DNA of 64,000 nucleotides, taken from positions 62,001 through 126,000 of the forward strand of contig NW_021832273.1 in NCBI RefSeq assembly GCF_006345805.1, in the 5' to 3' direction. The DNA comes from Octopus sinensis. Lineage: Eukaryota. Shown piece by piece: positions 54,047-64,000 of the stretch (position 1 is the stretch's first letter; each line of letters starts with the position of its first letter). The translations under genes and the position numbers were made by a program. Under the pieces are notes generated by a model, which was not told the origin of the DNA, searched no databases, and saw only the letters and a list, made by a program, of their open reading frames with translations.

Positions 54047-55366
54047 TTGGCTCGAGGAGGACCTCTTCCCAACGAAAAGGTTCCTGATGCGGACGGTTGG
54101 CATACCGTGGGGAAACCCAAACGTGTTGCCAGCCGTCCTTTTAATAGTTTAGGTACTGGGTGTGTGTCTGCGCAGGTAGATGCACACCCAAAGAAGACTG
54201 CTCGCGCCGGGGGTAGAATTACCTTCGGCGTGGTGGCTAGACTAGAAGTCTTTCCCACCAGTGGAAAGGCCTCGGTCATAAAGATCCTGGGGACGCTTGA
54301 CTCTATACAGCCATCTAGGCGGTATAGAGTCCTGAAGAGGGAGCCCACCCAATTCCTGCTTGGGTGGGAGAAGAAGGAGGACTTTTTCAGCTTTAAAGGA
54401 GAGCTGGAGAAGTCCAGCCCGTTCGGTCCTGGCATGCATCGGCTTGTCAGGATTGAACGAAAGGTAAGGCAGGTAAGAGTCCTGCTCCTCGGGGTCCCCC
54501 GGGACTTCGAGGATAATGACCTTTTAGGACACATACAGCGGGAGTACCCCAGTGCCTCTGCCCTTGCACGCTTCAAGCAGGGTAACCGCCCTCTTGAAGT
54601 GGTGGAGGTCATCCTGGGATCTCATGCGGAAGCCGAGCGCCTAGTACTTCTGGGTACTAGGATCGGCTACGTCAGGCTTCGTGCTGTCCGGCCCCGCCCG
54701 AAAGCCACCCAATGCTTTCGGTGTCAGGGGTTCGGACACATAAGCACGAAGTGTCCGGAGAAGGCGAAATGCCTAATCTGCGGTGGGGAGCATGGTCGCA
54801 AGACATGCCCCTCACCATCTATGGTGAGGCAGTGTGTCAACTGTGGTAAGTTAGGACACACTGCCAACTTCAAGGGTTGTCGTAAGTTCAAGGAGGCAAC
54901 CCGACAGGTTGGTGGGGATGTAATCCCGAAGGTAAGTCGCCCCCCTAGCGTCGCGGCCCCCGCGCAACCAACCGGCAAACAGGTAAAGCAGGCCAAACCT
55001 CCCAAGTCCGCTTGGGTGGCGAGGCCTGTGAAGCCTGCAAGCCACCGCACCCCTAGCGTCGCGGCCTCAGCGCCAAAACCTGGCAAACAAGCAAAGCAGG
55101 CCAAACCTCCCAAGTCCGCTTGCGTGGCGAAGCCTGTGATGCCTGCAAGCCACCGCACCCCCAGCGTCGCGGCCCCCGCTCCACAACCTGGCAAACAGGC
55201 AAAGCAGGCCAAACCTCCCAAGTCCGCTTGGGTGGCGAAGCCTGCGAGCCACATTGCTAGCGGGTCGGTACCGCCGTCGCCGACAAAGCTGGCAAAGCGG
55301 GTGAAAGCATCCGAGTCAGCTCGGATGCCGGAAGCCTGCAATGCCCTCCGAGTCGGCTACAGGTGA
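53882..55366 (+). CDS. H4::ORF1 (gag-like, 3 CCHC-type knuckles) of LINE family A
   Basis: [43 protein letters not shown]; open for 494 aa. Confidence 0.9.
   Translation: MSGRGKGGKGGKSGAKRFRKILIDNIQGITKPAIRRLCRRGGVQRISGKIHAITRLARGGPLPNEKVPDADGWHTVGKPKRVASRPFNSLGTGCVSAQVDAHPKKTARAGGRITFGVVARLEVFPTSGKASVIKILGTLDSIQPSRRYRVLKREPTQFLLGWEKKEDFFSFKGELEKSSPFGPGMHRLVRIERKVRQVRVLLLGVPRDFEDNDLLGHIQREYPSASALARFKQGNRPLEVVEVILGSHAEAERLVLLGTRIGYVRLRAVRPRPKATQCFRCQGFGHISTKCPEKAKCLICGGEHGRKTCPSPSMVRQCVNCGKLGHTANFKGCRKFKEATRQVGGDVIPKVSRPPSVAAPAQPTGKQVKQAKPPKSAWVARPVKPASHRTPSVAASAPKPGKQAKQAKPPKSACVAKPVMPASHRTPSVAAPAPQPGKQAKQAKPPKSAWVAKPASHIASGSVPPSPTKLAKRVKASESARMPEACNALRVGYR
54944..55255 (+). repeat. 108-bp (36-aa) tandem repeat, about 2.9 copies, in ORF1
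   Basis: Units start at 54944, 55052 and 55160: [28 protein letters not shown]. Confidence 0.92.
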
Positions 55367-57998
55367 CACCGCCCAGCAAAACCTGGGGCCGAAAAGGCTT
55401 CCTCCATACGTGGAGATGCCATTGCACTCACCCCCTTGCGAGCGTGTGCCGCAGGACAGTGTTAGTCCTGCGGACATCCTGGTGGTCAACGAAACAAAGT
55501 TAAAGCAGGATCGGTACGTAGTTGATGGCTACAACTGCTGTCACATACCCTGGAAACAGGGGTCAACATGTGGCACTGGAACTAGCCTCTTATACAAGCC
55601 GTACCTTGCTCTCCGGAGCTCAGGTTTATGTTCTTGTAGCCTATGTGAATTCCTCCAAGTGAGGATTCGCATAGGTAATTTAACATTTTACCTAGGGGCG
55701 ATGTATTCGAAGAACTTTACGGCGTGTTCTTGGCACGTACGGGAGTTCTTTGGAAAGCATCCGAAGGCGATGGTCGTTGGGGACCTGAATGCCAAGCACC
55801 AAGAGCTCGGTTTCAGGGTAACCAACGCGCATGGTTTGGCTCTCAAGACGCTGGTTGAAGACCTCGGGTTGGAAATCAGATCTTCAAGCGAGCCAAACCA
55901 CATCGATTCGCGGGGAGGACAAGACTGGCTAGGCCTTGCTCTGGTCAGCCCCGGGATGCTAAATTGGGTTAGTAACACAATCTTATTGCCTGATATTGGG
56001 AGCGACCATCTGCCTCTATTGCACGAACTCCGTGAGCCAGTTCCTCAAAGGGCCCCAGGATACTTTGACCTCCGGTCCGGTTCCTGGGCCAACCTGGAGA
56101 GGTTCATGGCCAGCAGGTTGCCCTCACTCCTGGTGGGGAATACCTGCGCCAACATACGAGAGTTGGAGGCGTTAGATAATGGAATCAATGCTGCCCTGTC
56201 TGATTATATGCGAGATAATTTCAAACAGAACCCAGTACAGGGCCAGGCACATTCCACGCTCCCGTACCGGGTGCTAAATAAAATTAGATTCAAGCGCCGG
56301 CTGTCCAGACTGCGGGACAAATGCGTCTACCAGGAGAACCGTGTTTGGTTTCGCGGCTGGATCAGCCGGATTCAGAGGGAGATCCGGAGGGAAATCCGTG
56401 AACACGAAAGTTCACGGTGGGAGCGGGCCTGCCAAAGAGTGGACCCGCGCTTTCCGGACTTCTGGAAACAACTGAAGAGCCTGTCGGGGAGAGGGGAGGC
56501 AAAGTCAGTGCGCCTTAAGCGCTCTGATGGAACCCTCGTCTCGGACCCGGTTGAGGTGGCTGATATATTTTCAACCCACCTCAACAACATCTCGGGAACT
56601 GACGGAAGTCAGTTCGTAGAGACGTCGTCTTTTGTTACTATCCAGGAGGTATTGTCTTGGGACAAGCGCTGCCAGCTGGACATATCAAGGGTCGATGCAG
56701 GCGAAGTTTCCGAAAGGGAGATCCTGGCAGCGATCTCCCGAAGTAAGAACACCGCGGCGGGGCTAGATCGGATCCCTATGTCCATCTTCAAAAAGGCCCC
56801 GCCGTTGTTGATCACGGCCTTACAGGTTTTGTTTAGCGGGAGCTTGCGACTTGGGATGATTCCTTCCAGGTGGAAAGTGGCTGAGGTAATCCTCATTGGA
56901 AAACCTGGGAAGCCTCATGAAGTCCCCGGGGGATATATGCCCATTTCCTTGCTTCCCGCTATATCTAAAATCCTAGAAAGGATCATGCACCGAAGGCTCC
57001 TGGAGGAGCTGACGGTGGTTGACGCCCTCCCGGAGTTCCAATGGGGCTTCAGGGAGGGTCGTTCATGTGGAGACTGCTTGTGGAAGGTGTCTTCCGAAAT
57101 GAAGAACGCCCTCCAGAAAAGGGAGTGTGGTATGTTAGTTAGTCTTGACATAGAAAAGGCCTTCGACTCGGTGTGGCACGACGGCCTGCGGAGTTCCCTC
57201 GCCACGTGTGGGGTTTCTCCGTGTCTAAGGCGCTGGCTGTCGGGGTTCCTCGAATCTCGCGGTCAGGTCGTGCGACACCAGGGGGTCTTTTCTAAAGTCG
57301 CAACAGTCTTTCGCGGGGTCCCTCAGGGTTCTGTGCTGAGTCCCACACTGTTTAATATCTTTATGGCCTCTGCACCTATGCCAGTCAATGCTCGTACTGG
57401 AATGGTGATCTATGCAGACGACATTATCCTCTGGGATCAGTCGATGAAACCAGAGTGTGCGTGTCGTAGGCTACAGGTTGCTGTGGATGAACTTGTAAAC
57501 TGGTGTGGGAGTAGGGGTCTAAAGATGTGTGCGGACAAGTGCAGTGTCCTTAAAGTCTGTAAAAGGACGAGGGGTTACACTAATTTTATCCCTAGGTTAT
57601 CACTGGACGGGTCAGCGATCGCTGTAGTTGATCGGACGATCTACTTGGGCATGGTCTTCAAGCAGTCAGGTAAGTTCGATGATCACATTGCACGTACTAA
57701 AATGCGTGCAATGCAGCGATTAGGCGCGTTGCGTGCTTTCCACTTGAGGAGAGGTGCCTGGTTCCGTGTGTTCAACGCCATGGTGTTACCCGTGTTAACC
57801 TATGGCGTGCACGCTTGGCACTTCTGCGAGGACAGGGAGAAGTACGTTGACGCGCTTAAGAAAGTAAGAAGACGAGCCATCCGGCTAGCCTATGGCTTAG
57901 GATGGCGTGATGAGCTCTCCAACGCCCAGGAATTGTCCCTCAAAGGCCTTCCTGAGGTCCTGGAGAAGATAATGACTGGGTGGCAGGTAAGACGGTAA
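55341..57998 (+). CDS. ORF2 (APE endonuclease + RT, no RNase H) of LINE family A, uninterrupted
   Basis: [55 protein letters not shown]; 3' UTR runs to 58132. Confidence 0.95.
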   Translation: MPSESATGDTAQQNLGPKRLPPYVEMPLHSPPCERVPQDSVSPADILVVNETKLKQDRYVVDGYNCCHIPWKQGSTCGTGTSLLYKPYLALRSSGLCSCSLCEFLQVRIRIGNLTFYLGAMYSKNFTACSWHVREFFGKHPKAMVVGDLNAKHQELGFRVTNAHGLALKTLVEDLGLEIRSSSEPNHIDSRGGQDWLGLALVSPGMLNWVSNTILLPDIGSDHLPLLHELREPVPQRAPGYFDLRSGSWANLERFMASRLPSLLVGNTCANIRELEALDNGINAALSDYMRDNFKQNPVQGQAHSTLPYRVLNKIRFKRRLSRLRDKCVYQENRVWFRGWISRIQREIRREIREHESSRWERACQRVDPRFPDFWKQLKSLSGRGEAKSVRLKRSDGTLVSDPVEVADIFSTHLNNISGTDGSQFVETSSFVTIQEVLSWDKRCQLDISRVDAGEVSEREILAAISRSKNTAAGLDRIPMSIFKKAPPLLITALQVLFSGSLRLGMIPSRWKVAEVILIGKPGKPHEVPGGYMPISLLPAISKILERIMHRRLLEELTVVDALPEFQWGFREGRSCGDCLWKVSSEMKNALQKRECGMLVSLDIEKAFDSVWHDGLRSSLATCGVSPCLRRWLSGFLESRGQVVRHQGVFSKVATVFRGVPQGSVLSPTLFNIFMASAPMPVNARTGMVIYADDIILWDQSMKPECACRRLQVAVDELVNWCGSRGLKMCADKCSVLKVCKRTRGYTNFIPRLSLDGSAIAVVDRTIYLGMVFKQSGKFDDHIARTKMRAMQRLGALRAFHLRRGAWFRVFNAMVLPVLTYGVHAWHFCEDREKYVDALKKVRRRAIRLAYGLGWRDELSNAQELSLKGLPEVLEKIMTGWQVRR

Positions 57999-58143
57999 GT
58001 CCTAACCTGTGGTTGTGTAGAGAGGCGAGCGTGTGTGCTGGACCGAAAAGGCAGGAATGCCGAAGGTCTCCTTATGTTACCTCACTAACAGCCTCTCTAA
58101 CTAATTATTTAAAATGAAAATTTTCCTTCCCAGAACTTGCAAA

Positions 58144-59618
58144 AACAGAATTGTTGTGAGAATCCAGCTGCATGGTAAAGGAAAATAAAGAAAAAATGGT
58201 CAAGAATAAACAAAATCTCGCATCAATCAAAGCTTGCTCCAAAGTTCAAAAACGAACAGCGGCCAAGCCACAGCCCTTTTGCGAACCTGAATATCCCACC
58301 GAACATCCGAACCCTACTGTGGCTCAAAAACACAGTGAGACCCAATTCTATCAGACGACAACTGAGGCTAACAGCTCAAACCTCACATATTCTCTGAGTA
58401 TCGAAAACTCGGCACTTGGAAAGATCAAGAGGTTTAACCTCCTCTCCAAGTCTCCAACTGCTTCCAAAGCCCGGATAACCTTACAGAAGTCCGGCACCTT
58501 CATTCTAAAATTCAGTTCGCCAGAGGATGCTGCTGCGTTCAAAGCAGAGCTGACTAAATCGAATATGTTTGGCGAAGGCGGCCATAAACTTGCCTCAATA
58601 GCTGAGAAGGCCTCAGTCTTGGTCCTTAAAGGAATCCCTCATTGGATCTCGACAGAGGATCTTAACCTCCACTTGAGAGAAAGTCTAGAATCGGACTTCA
58701 AGTTCGAAAGATTCTCTCGCAATGGAACCGACATGCCTATCGGCAGACTCACGCTGGATTCCAGAGCCGAGGCCAGCACCCTCATCCGCTTTGGAATAAC
58801 TGCGGGCTTCAGCCATATCCGCTGCGAATGGCACAAGCCCTCAGCAACGAGATGCTTCCGTTGCAATCAGTTTGGACATACGTCCTACAGATGCTCCGAA
58901 AAACTCCGTTGTCTCCTCTGCGGTAAAGAACACAGGCACCAAAACTGCCCGAGTTCCAAGCCAAAACCGAATGTCCCAGCTGCAAAAACTTGCATTAATT
59001 GCAAGAACACTGGGCACTTGGCGTGCTACGGTGGATGTCCATCTGCCAAAGCAGCAACAGCAGCCTCAAGGGCTGCGAAGAGCCCACAGACAAAAAGCCC
59101 AGTACGCTGGGTGAAAGCCGAACCGATAAAATCAGTCTGGACAAAAGCGGCTCCCCGAAGTCCGTCCAAAGTCGATGTCTCTACTCAGACGTCGCCGGCC
59201 CCCAGCACACTCACAAACTCGAAGACAACCACTAATGAGTGCCATAACTCAGAAGTGGTCCGCTCGGCTGTCCCTCATAAGAGGAGAAAAACCCACCGTG
59301 ACAAAGCTTTGTCACAAAGAGGTCCCCACTCGGATCAGGACCTACACAACAGAGATTCCCAACTGGAATGCTTCCGCTGTTGTGTAGGAGCCCTGACCCT
59401 ACTTGGAGTGGATATGGATATGCTGCAAGAGCTCCTGCTAGAAGGGAGCAATTCAGCAACATAGCCACCATTAACTCTGGCTCACGACAGATGAATTGGA
59501 CGCAAGCTCAGAAGAGTTCAGTTGTCTTTGCATCAGTCTCGTCCTATCACCGTCCTTAATTCCTGTCACTTTCTCTCTCTCTGTTAATTACAATAAACTT
59601 CATTCATTCATTCATTCA
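58144..59618 (+). mobile_element. Family-B gag-only non-autonomous LINE, intact ORF1 (58172-59464), (TTCA)5 tail
   Basis: CFRCNQFGHTSYRC, CLLCGKEHRHQNC, CINCKNTGHLACYGGC; ORF2 is deleted about 10 nt after the ORF1 stop. Confidence 0.95.
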
Positions 59619-59629
59619 GAACTTGCAAA

Positions 59630-61314
59630 TGGTGTTTCGTGCAAGCTCAGTTCTGCAAGATGAAGTATTTATTGGATACAATACAAATCAAACGAATTGG
59701 CCCCTTGTGTCCCTATTCCTGACAACCTCGCTAGAGTCACTCATACATCGGGCAGCAGTTCACACGACAAAACAAATTGAAAGTCTGGACCAGCTCGTTA
59801 GGAATCTCATCAACACTTCTTTGGAGAAGTTTTCCAGGAAAAAGTTCATTAAACACTCTGGTGGTGGGACTCATGAACTCGACGACACAGTAGTGAGTCT
59901 CCTGAAAGAAAAGGCAAGATACCAGAAGAGGCTACGCAGATGTTTTGACCCAACAGACTGCACACGCCTACGAGCAATGATTTCCTCTCTTAAAAAGAGG
60001 ATCGACAAAAGGTCTAAAGAAAACATTGACTCAGCTTGGAGATTGGAATGTTCTAAGCTTAATCGAAGACACCCAAGTTTCTGGAAGGCATATAATCGCC
60101 TAAAGGAAACGGAATGCAAAGGAGATGAAATCAATTTAACCACAGAAAATGGCTATGCCATCAACCGAGACGATGTACCTGACGCTTTACGTCAACAACT
60201 GGCGAAAATTCAAGATGTCGACCCGAGCTGTTTTGTCCCGACAGATATAATGGACGAGAAAAAGAGGGCAATAGCCTCTGCGAAAATGTCCCCTGGTCGA
60301 CTTTGTCACGCAATCACCCTGGACGAAACCCTACTAGCAATTAAAAGATGCAAGGACAACGCCTGTGGAAACTGCTTTGACCAACTGGAAACGCAAATCT
60401 CGAGGGCCCTTACACACAAGATGGGGATGACAGCTGTTTGTCTGGACATTTCAAAGGCGTTCGACAGCGTTTGGCACCTAGGCCTCCTGGAAAGGATCAT
60501 CAGTATCCATCCGGGGCAAAGGATTGTCAAATGGCTAGAGAATTTCTTACACATGCGAAAGTCTTTTATCAGATGTGGTAACCGGACCTCGGATACAATC
60601 AATCTAAGGAGGGGAGTGCCTCAAGGGTCGGTCCTGAGCCCTCTACTTTTCAACTTATACGTTGCCGACATCCCGAAACCAGTAAATTCGGAGTTGGAAA
60701 AGGCTGAGGGAATATGTAGCGAGGGTTGAGTCTTGGGCAATGGAGAAAGCCCTCTCTATAGCACGAGACAAGTCTACCATCACGTGGATTTCTAAAACTC
60801 GGAAAGGAAGAGAACCACTTCTGGAGACAATGGGACTAAGAATCTCTGACGACCTACGCTACCTTGGGGTAACGATCGGGGCTGACGGATCGTTCCTTAA
60901 GTTCGTGGAATCTAGAAGAAGGAAATGTTCGGGGATCCTGAGAAGCCTTATACGCTTCCATCTCTCCCCAGACACCTTTCTCTTCATCTATAAGGCGACT
61001 GTAGAACCAGTCCTTATCTATGGACATGAAGGTTGGTACCCTACAGACGAGAGAAATCGCATAATCACCAAACTGGAGAAAACAAGGCGCTTTGCGATTA
61101 AACTGGCGTATAAGCTACGGCTTGATCAGGATCTCCCCAGAGAGCTAGACGAACAAACTCAAAACATTCGGCAAGTCCTCTGCTCATTGCAAAGGGCATG
61201 AGAAGTGAAAAGGAAAGCAAGGAGGAGGCATTCGGTGTCTCGATTTTAAATAAAACCTTTTCTAATAACTCTTCTCTTTTGGTTGCTAAGTTAATAAAAT
61301 CTGTTCGTTCGTTC
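59630..61314 (+). mobile_element. Family-C LINE, 5'-truncated with internal deletions, (TTCG)n tail
   Basis: Linker, [11 protein letters not shown] and [10 protein letters not shown] are present; the YADD region is missing; C-terminal ORF 60740-61201. Confidence 0.9.
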
Positions 61315-61325
61315 GAACTTGCAAA

Positions 61326-61613
61326 CTAGCCTATATGCTAAATCCATGGGAGCCTGTCCCAAGCTGGGCGGAGAGCAAGTCTCCAGAGCTACGGCAGGCC
61401 ATCGAGGCTTCTATCCGAACTTTTCGGAAACGCTCTAAAGTGGCTGACCTATTCATCGATCGTGGAGAATAGCAGGTGTCCCTGCTCATAGACAGACAAA
61501 GCGGACGAACCATGGAAGAGCTCGAATGCCCAAAGCAATCGTCTCGTCAAAATTATTTTCCGCACTAAGTTTCTGTCTCGTTTCTTCTTTCTTACAATAA
61601 AATTCTTCATTCA
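61326..61613 (+). mobile_element. Family-D LINE 3' end (B-related UTR)
   Basis: IEASIRTFRKRSKVADLFIDR parallels EKSIRSFHRRSQVTDLFIDQ at 36.7 kb; GAAGAGCTC motif, TACAATAAAA, (TTCA)2. Confidence 0.8.
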
Positions 61614-61624
61614 GAACTTGCAAA

Positions 61625-61886
61625 GATGTTCTACTGGAGTGCTTCCGCGATTATGTAGGAGCCCTGAAGATATCTGGAGTGGATATGAATATGCTGCAAG
61701 AGCTCCTGCTAGAAGGAAGCAATTTAGCTACATAGCCACTATTAACTCTGGCTCATGACAGATGAATTGGACGCAAGCTCAGAAGAGTTCAGTTGCCTTG
61801 GCATCAGTCTCGTCCTATCACCGTCCTTAATTCCTGTCACTTTCCCCCTTTCTCTGTTATTACAATAAAATTGATTGATTGATTGA
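61625..61886 (+). mobile_element. Family-B gag-only derivative, 3' 260 bp, (TTGA)4 tail
   Basis: Aligns to about 59355-59618 including the deletion junction. Confidence 0.93.
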
Positions 61887-61897
61887 GAACTTGCAAA

Positions 61898-63950
61898 GAG
61901 CTAGACGAACAAACTCAAAACATTCGGCAAGTCCTCTGCTCATTGCAAAGGGCATGAGAAGTGAAAAGGAAAGCAAGGAGGAGGCTTTCGGTGTCTCGAT
62001 TTTAATAAAACCTTTTCATATAACTAGGGCAACCAGAAATATGACCTTAAAAAAGTTAAATATGACCGTAAAATATATGACTTTATGACTTTAAAATTCT
62101 AAAATATAACTTAAAAATATTAAAATATGACCTAAAAAATCAAAATATGACCTATCGAATTTTGATTTTTAGATATTCTGAATTCGAAAATATGAAAAAA
62201 TTAAACATTTCAATCAATGAATTTATTATAATATTGCATCATATAATATTTAATATTTTCTGGCTTGAAGTTTCTATCCTTTTCGAGCAATTTATTCAGC
62301 ATAGAAAAGCTTCTTTCTGCAGATATTGATGTTGAAGGACATTTCCATAAGTAAATAAATGTTTCTTGAGAAATACTAGAAATTCTAGCATTTTTAATAT
62401 TCGTCCATGGTAATCGTCCATTCTAGTATTACTTATCCGCTTTAAAAAATACTTGTTGATGTCACAATTATCCTCACCAAAATTAACGGAATCAATGAAT
62501 TCAATTGCATCTTTAATTGTATAAAATTTTTTTTGGCATTTTCTGATTTCATCAATAATAGGGTTGTATGAAGCCATTAACTCTGCCAGATTTTTCTCCA
62601 AATTTTCAGAGCTAACAGCATTTTTCGCATTCATCACAATCTTTCCACAATTTGGATAGGATAAGACAATTTCGCGAACTCTTGAAAGATGTCGACTATA
62701 ATATTTTGCTGCGTCCAACCAGCTGCCCCATCTTGTTAGAACAACATCAGGTGGAAGTCTAATAACTGTAAAAAGATTCCTCCGGGAGGGATTTTTTACA
62801 ATCGACATTTTGATAGACGAGATTAAGTCGTCAATATATTTATAGTGTGCTCTAATCTTTAATGCACAATTGTGCAGAAGATGAGCAAAACAAGTTATAT
62901 GAATCATTTTAATATATACATAACCTTCAATGTACTCGCTGCTAAAGTCATATAACGGGCAGCATCAGAAATAAATAATAAAAAATTTTCCCTTTTTATA
63001 TCATAAATTCGAATTGTGTCATCCACAATTCTACAAATTGCAGATGCATCACAAATTTCAATTTCCAAACAATTTAATAAATAAATTTTTCAGGACTTTC
63101 AATAGTCCCACAAAGAACGTTAACAAATTTCTGTTTATTGATTTCCGTTTCATCAACAAGTATGAATATATCTTTTCCAGAAATAATTGTTTTAAGCATT
63201 TCAATCAATTGATATTGCAAATCTGGAACTATATTTCTGCACCAACTTTCGCTGGGAACAGTAAATCCGAGATTATTAAAAAAATTAATAAATTGTGCAT
63301 TTCTTATTTTGTAAAGAGGTATATTCGCCTTCGTCATCATTTCGACTAAGCAAATTCCGAAATTTTTCTTTGCTTCAAGTTTCGGAAGAGTGTTGAGTTG
63401 CGTTTGAAATTTTGTCTGTTCCTTTTTATGCCGGGTAGTTTCCCTGTGCTGCACCACATTAAACGTTTTCGTAAAATTAACAAAAACTGAGCATTTCAAA
63501 CAAAATAAACGTCCAGCTGAATCAATCTGAAATTCAGACGGGTATCGTTTAATTATTTTATTTAACTTTTGATTGTTAGATTGCTTTTGTTTCGGCATGT
63601 AAAAATCTATAATATTTAAGCGGCCAACTACCAAAACGTGTGAAAACGTGTTATTGTCAAAATTTAAACAAAGATTAATAAAAATATATGATTTAATAAA
63701 TATAAATATGACCTAACAAAAAAAATATGACCTAAAAAAATAATATGACCTAACGGCATAAAATATGACCTATAAGACCTAAAAAAATTAATAAAACTAT
63801 TAAAAAATATAATAATAGTTTATTAATTATAGAAATAACATCAATATGATCAATAAAAAATAATATGACTTATATGACTTTTGGTTGCCCTACATATAAC
63901 CCTTCTCTTTCGGTTGCTAAGTCAATAAAATCTGTTCATTCATTCATTCA
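61898..63950 (+). mobile_element. Family-C 3' end (about 180 bp) split by a hAT insertion, (TTCA)4 tail
   Basis: 61898-62024 plus 63901-63950 rejoin to match 61141-61314. Confidence 0.92.
62025..63892 (-). mobile_element. hAT with CGGBP-like zinc finger (same TIR as 43.5 kb), disrupted transposase
   Basis: TIR TAGGGCAACCA; TSD CATATAAC at 62017-62024 and 63893-63900; RLFCLKC..H.ETTRH, LVDETE, TCFAHLLHN and TRWGSWL motifs; ATATGACC subterminal repeats. Confidence 0.95.
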
Positions 63951-63972
63951 GAACTTGCAAATTTTGTGGATA

Positions 63973-64000
63973 ATGGCACCTAAAGTTAGCATAAAGGCCC
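63973..64000 (+). CDS. Start of a possible host ORF MAPKVSIKA (histone H2B-like), cut off by the window end
   Basis: Only 9 codons are visible; a MAPK start is typical of many H2B proteins but also of RPL23a and H1. Confidence 0.35.

Larger units (their letters stand above)
58133..63961 (+). repeat. Six copies of the junction 11-mer GAACTTGCAAA (putative target site/TSD)
   Basis: At 58133-58143, 59619-59629, 61315-61325, 61614-61624, 61887-61897 and 63951-63961, each directly after an element tail. Confidence 0.97.

Noticed and set aside
58133-63961. CRISPR-like array (short repeat with variable spacers)
   Set aside because: The spacers are 0.26-2 kb retroelement bodies, the repeat is 11 bp, the DNA is eukaryotic and no cas genes are present.
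53882-64000. Telomeric HeT-A/TART-like array
   Set aside because: No telomeric repeats or chromosome end are visible, and a constant 11-bp junction fits target duplication better. It cannot be fully excluded at the window edge.
1-64000. tRNA, rRNA or histone 3' stem-loop genes
   Set aside because: None recognised by eye; tRNAscan-SE and Infernal would be needed to exclude divergent copies.

Overview
AT-rich eukaryotic DNA from a highly reduced animal. Lamin-like, MBD2/3-like and bHLH genes with 22-30 nt GT-AG introns point to a myxozoan, or possibly a dicyemid-like parasite; this taxon call is inference. Most of the window is nested transposon debris: CRE-type, Jockey/I-like, RTE-like and R4/Dong-like non-LTR elements, hAT, Tc1 and pogo DNA transposons, and a gypsy remnant. 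Small host islands carry RPS3, ZMAT2/SNU23, MBD2/3 without its methyl-binding domain, RPS28, a shortened lamin and a bHLH gene. The main find is at 53.9-64 kb: a head-to-tail array of six non-LTR copies from at least three families. Every copy ends in a short tetranucleotide-type tail followed by the identical 11-mer GAACTTGCAAA (6 copies). The array begins with an in-frame histone H4::ORF1 fusion and ends 11 nt before ATG-GCA-CCT-AAA-GTT-AGC-ATA-AAG-GCC (MAPKVSIKA, possibly H2B). This looks like a site-specific retrotransposon system that regenerates its own target, possibly aimed at histone genes. All coordinates, alignments and gene models were read by eye and no database searches were run.
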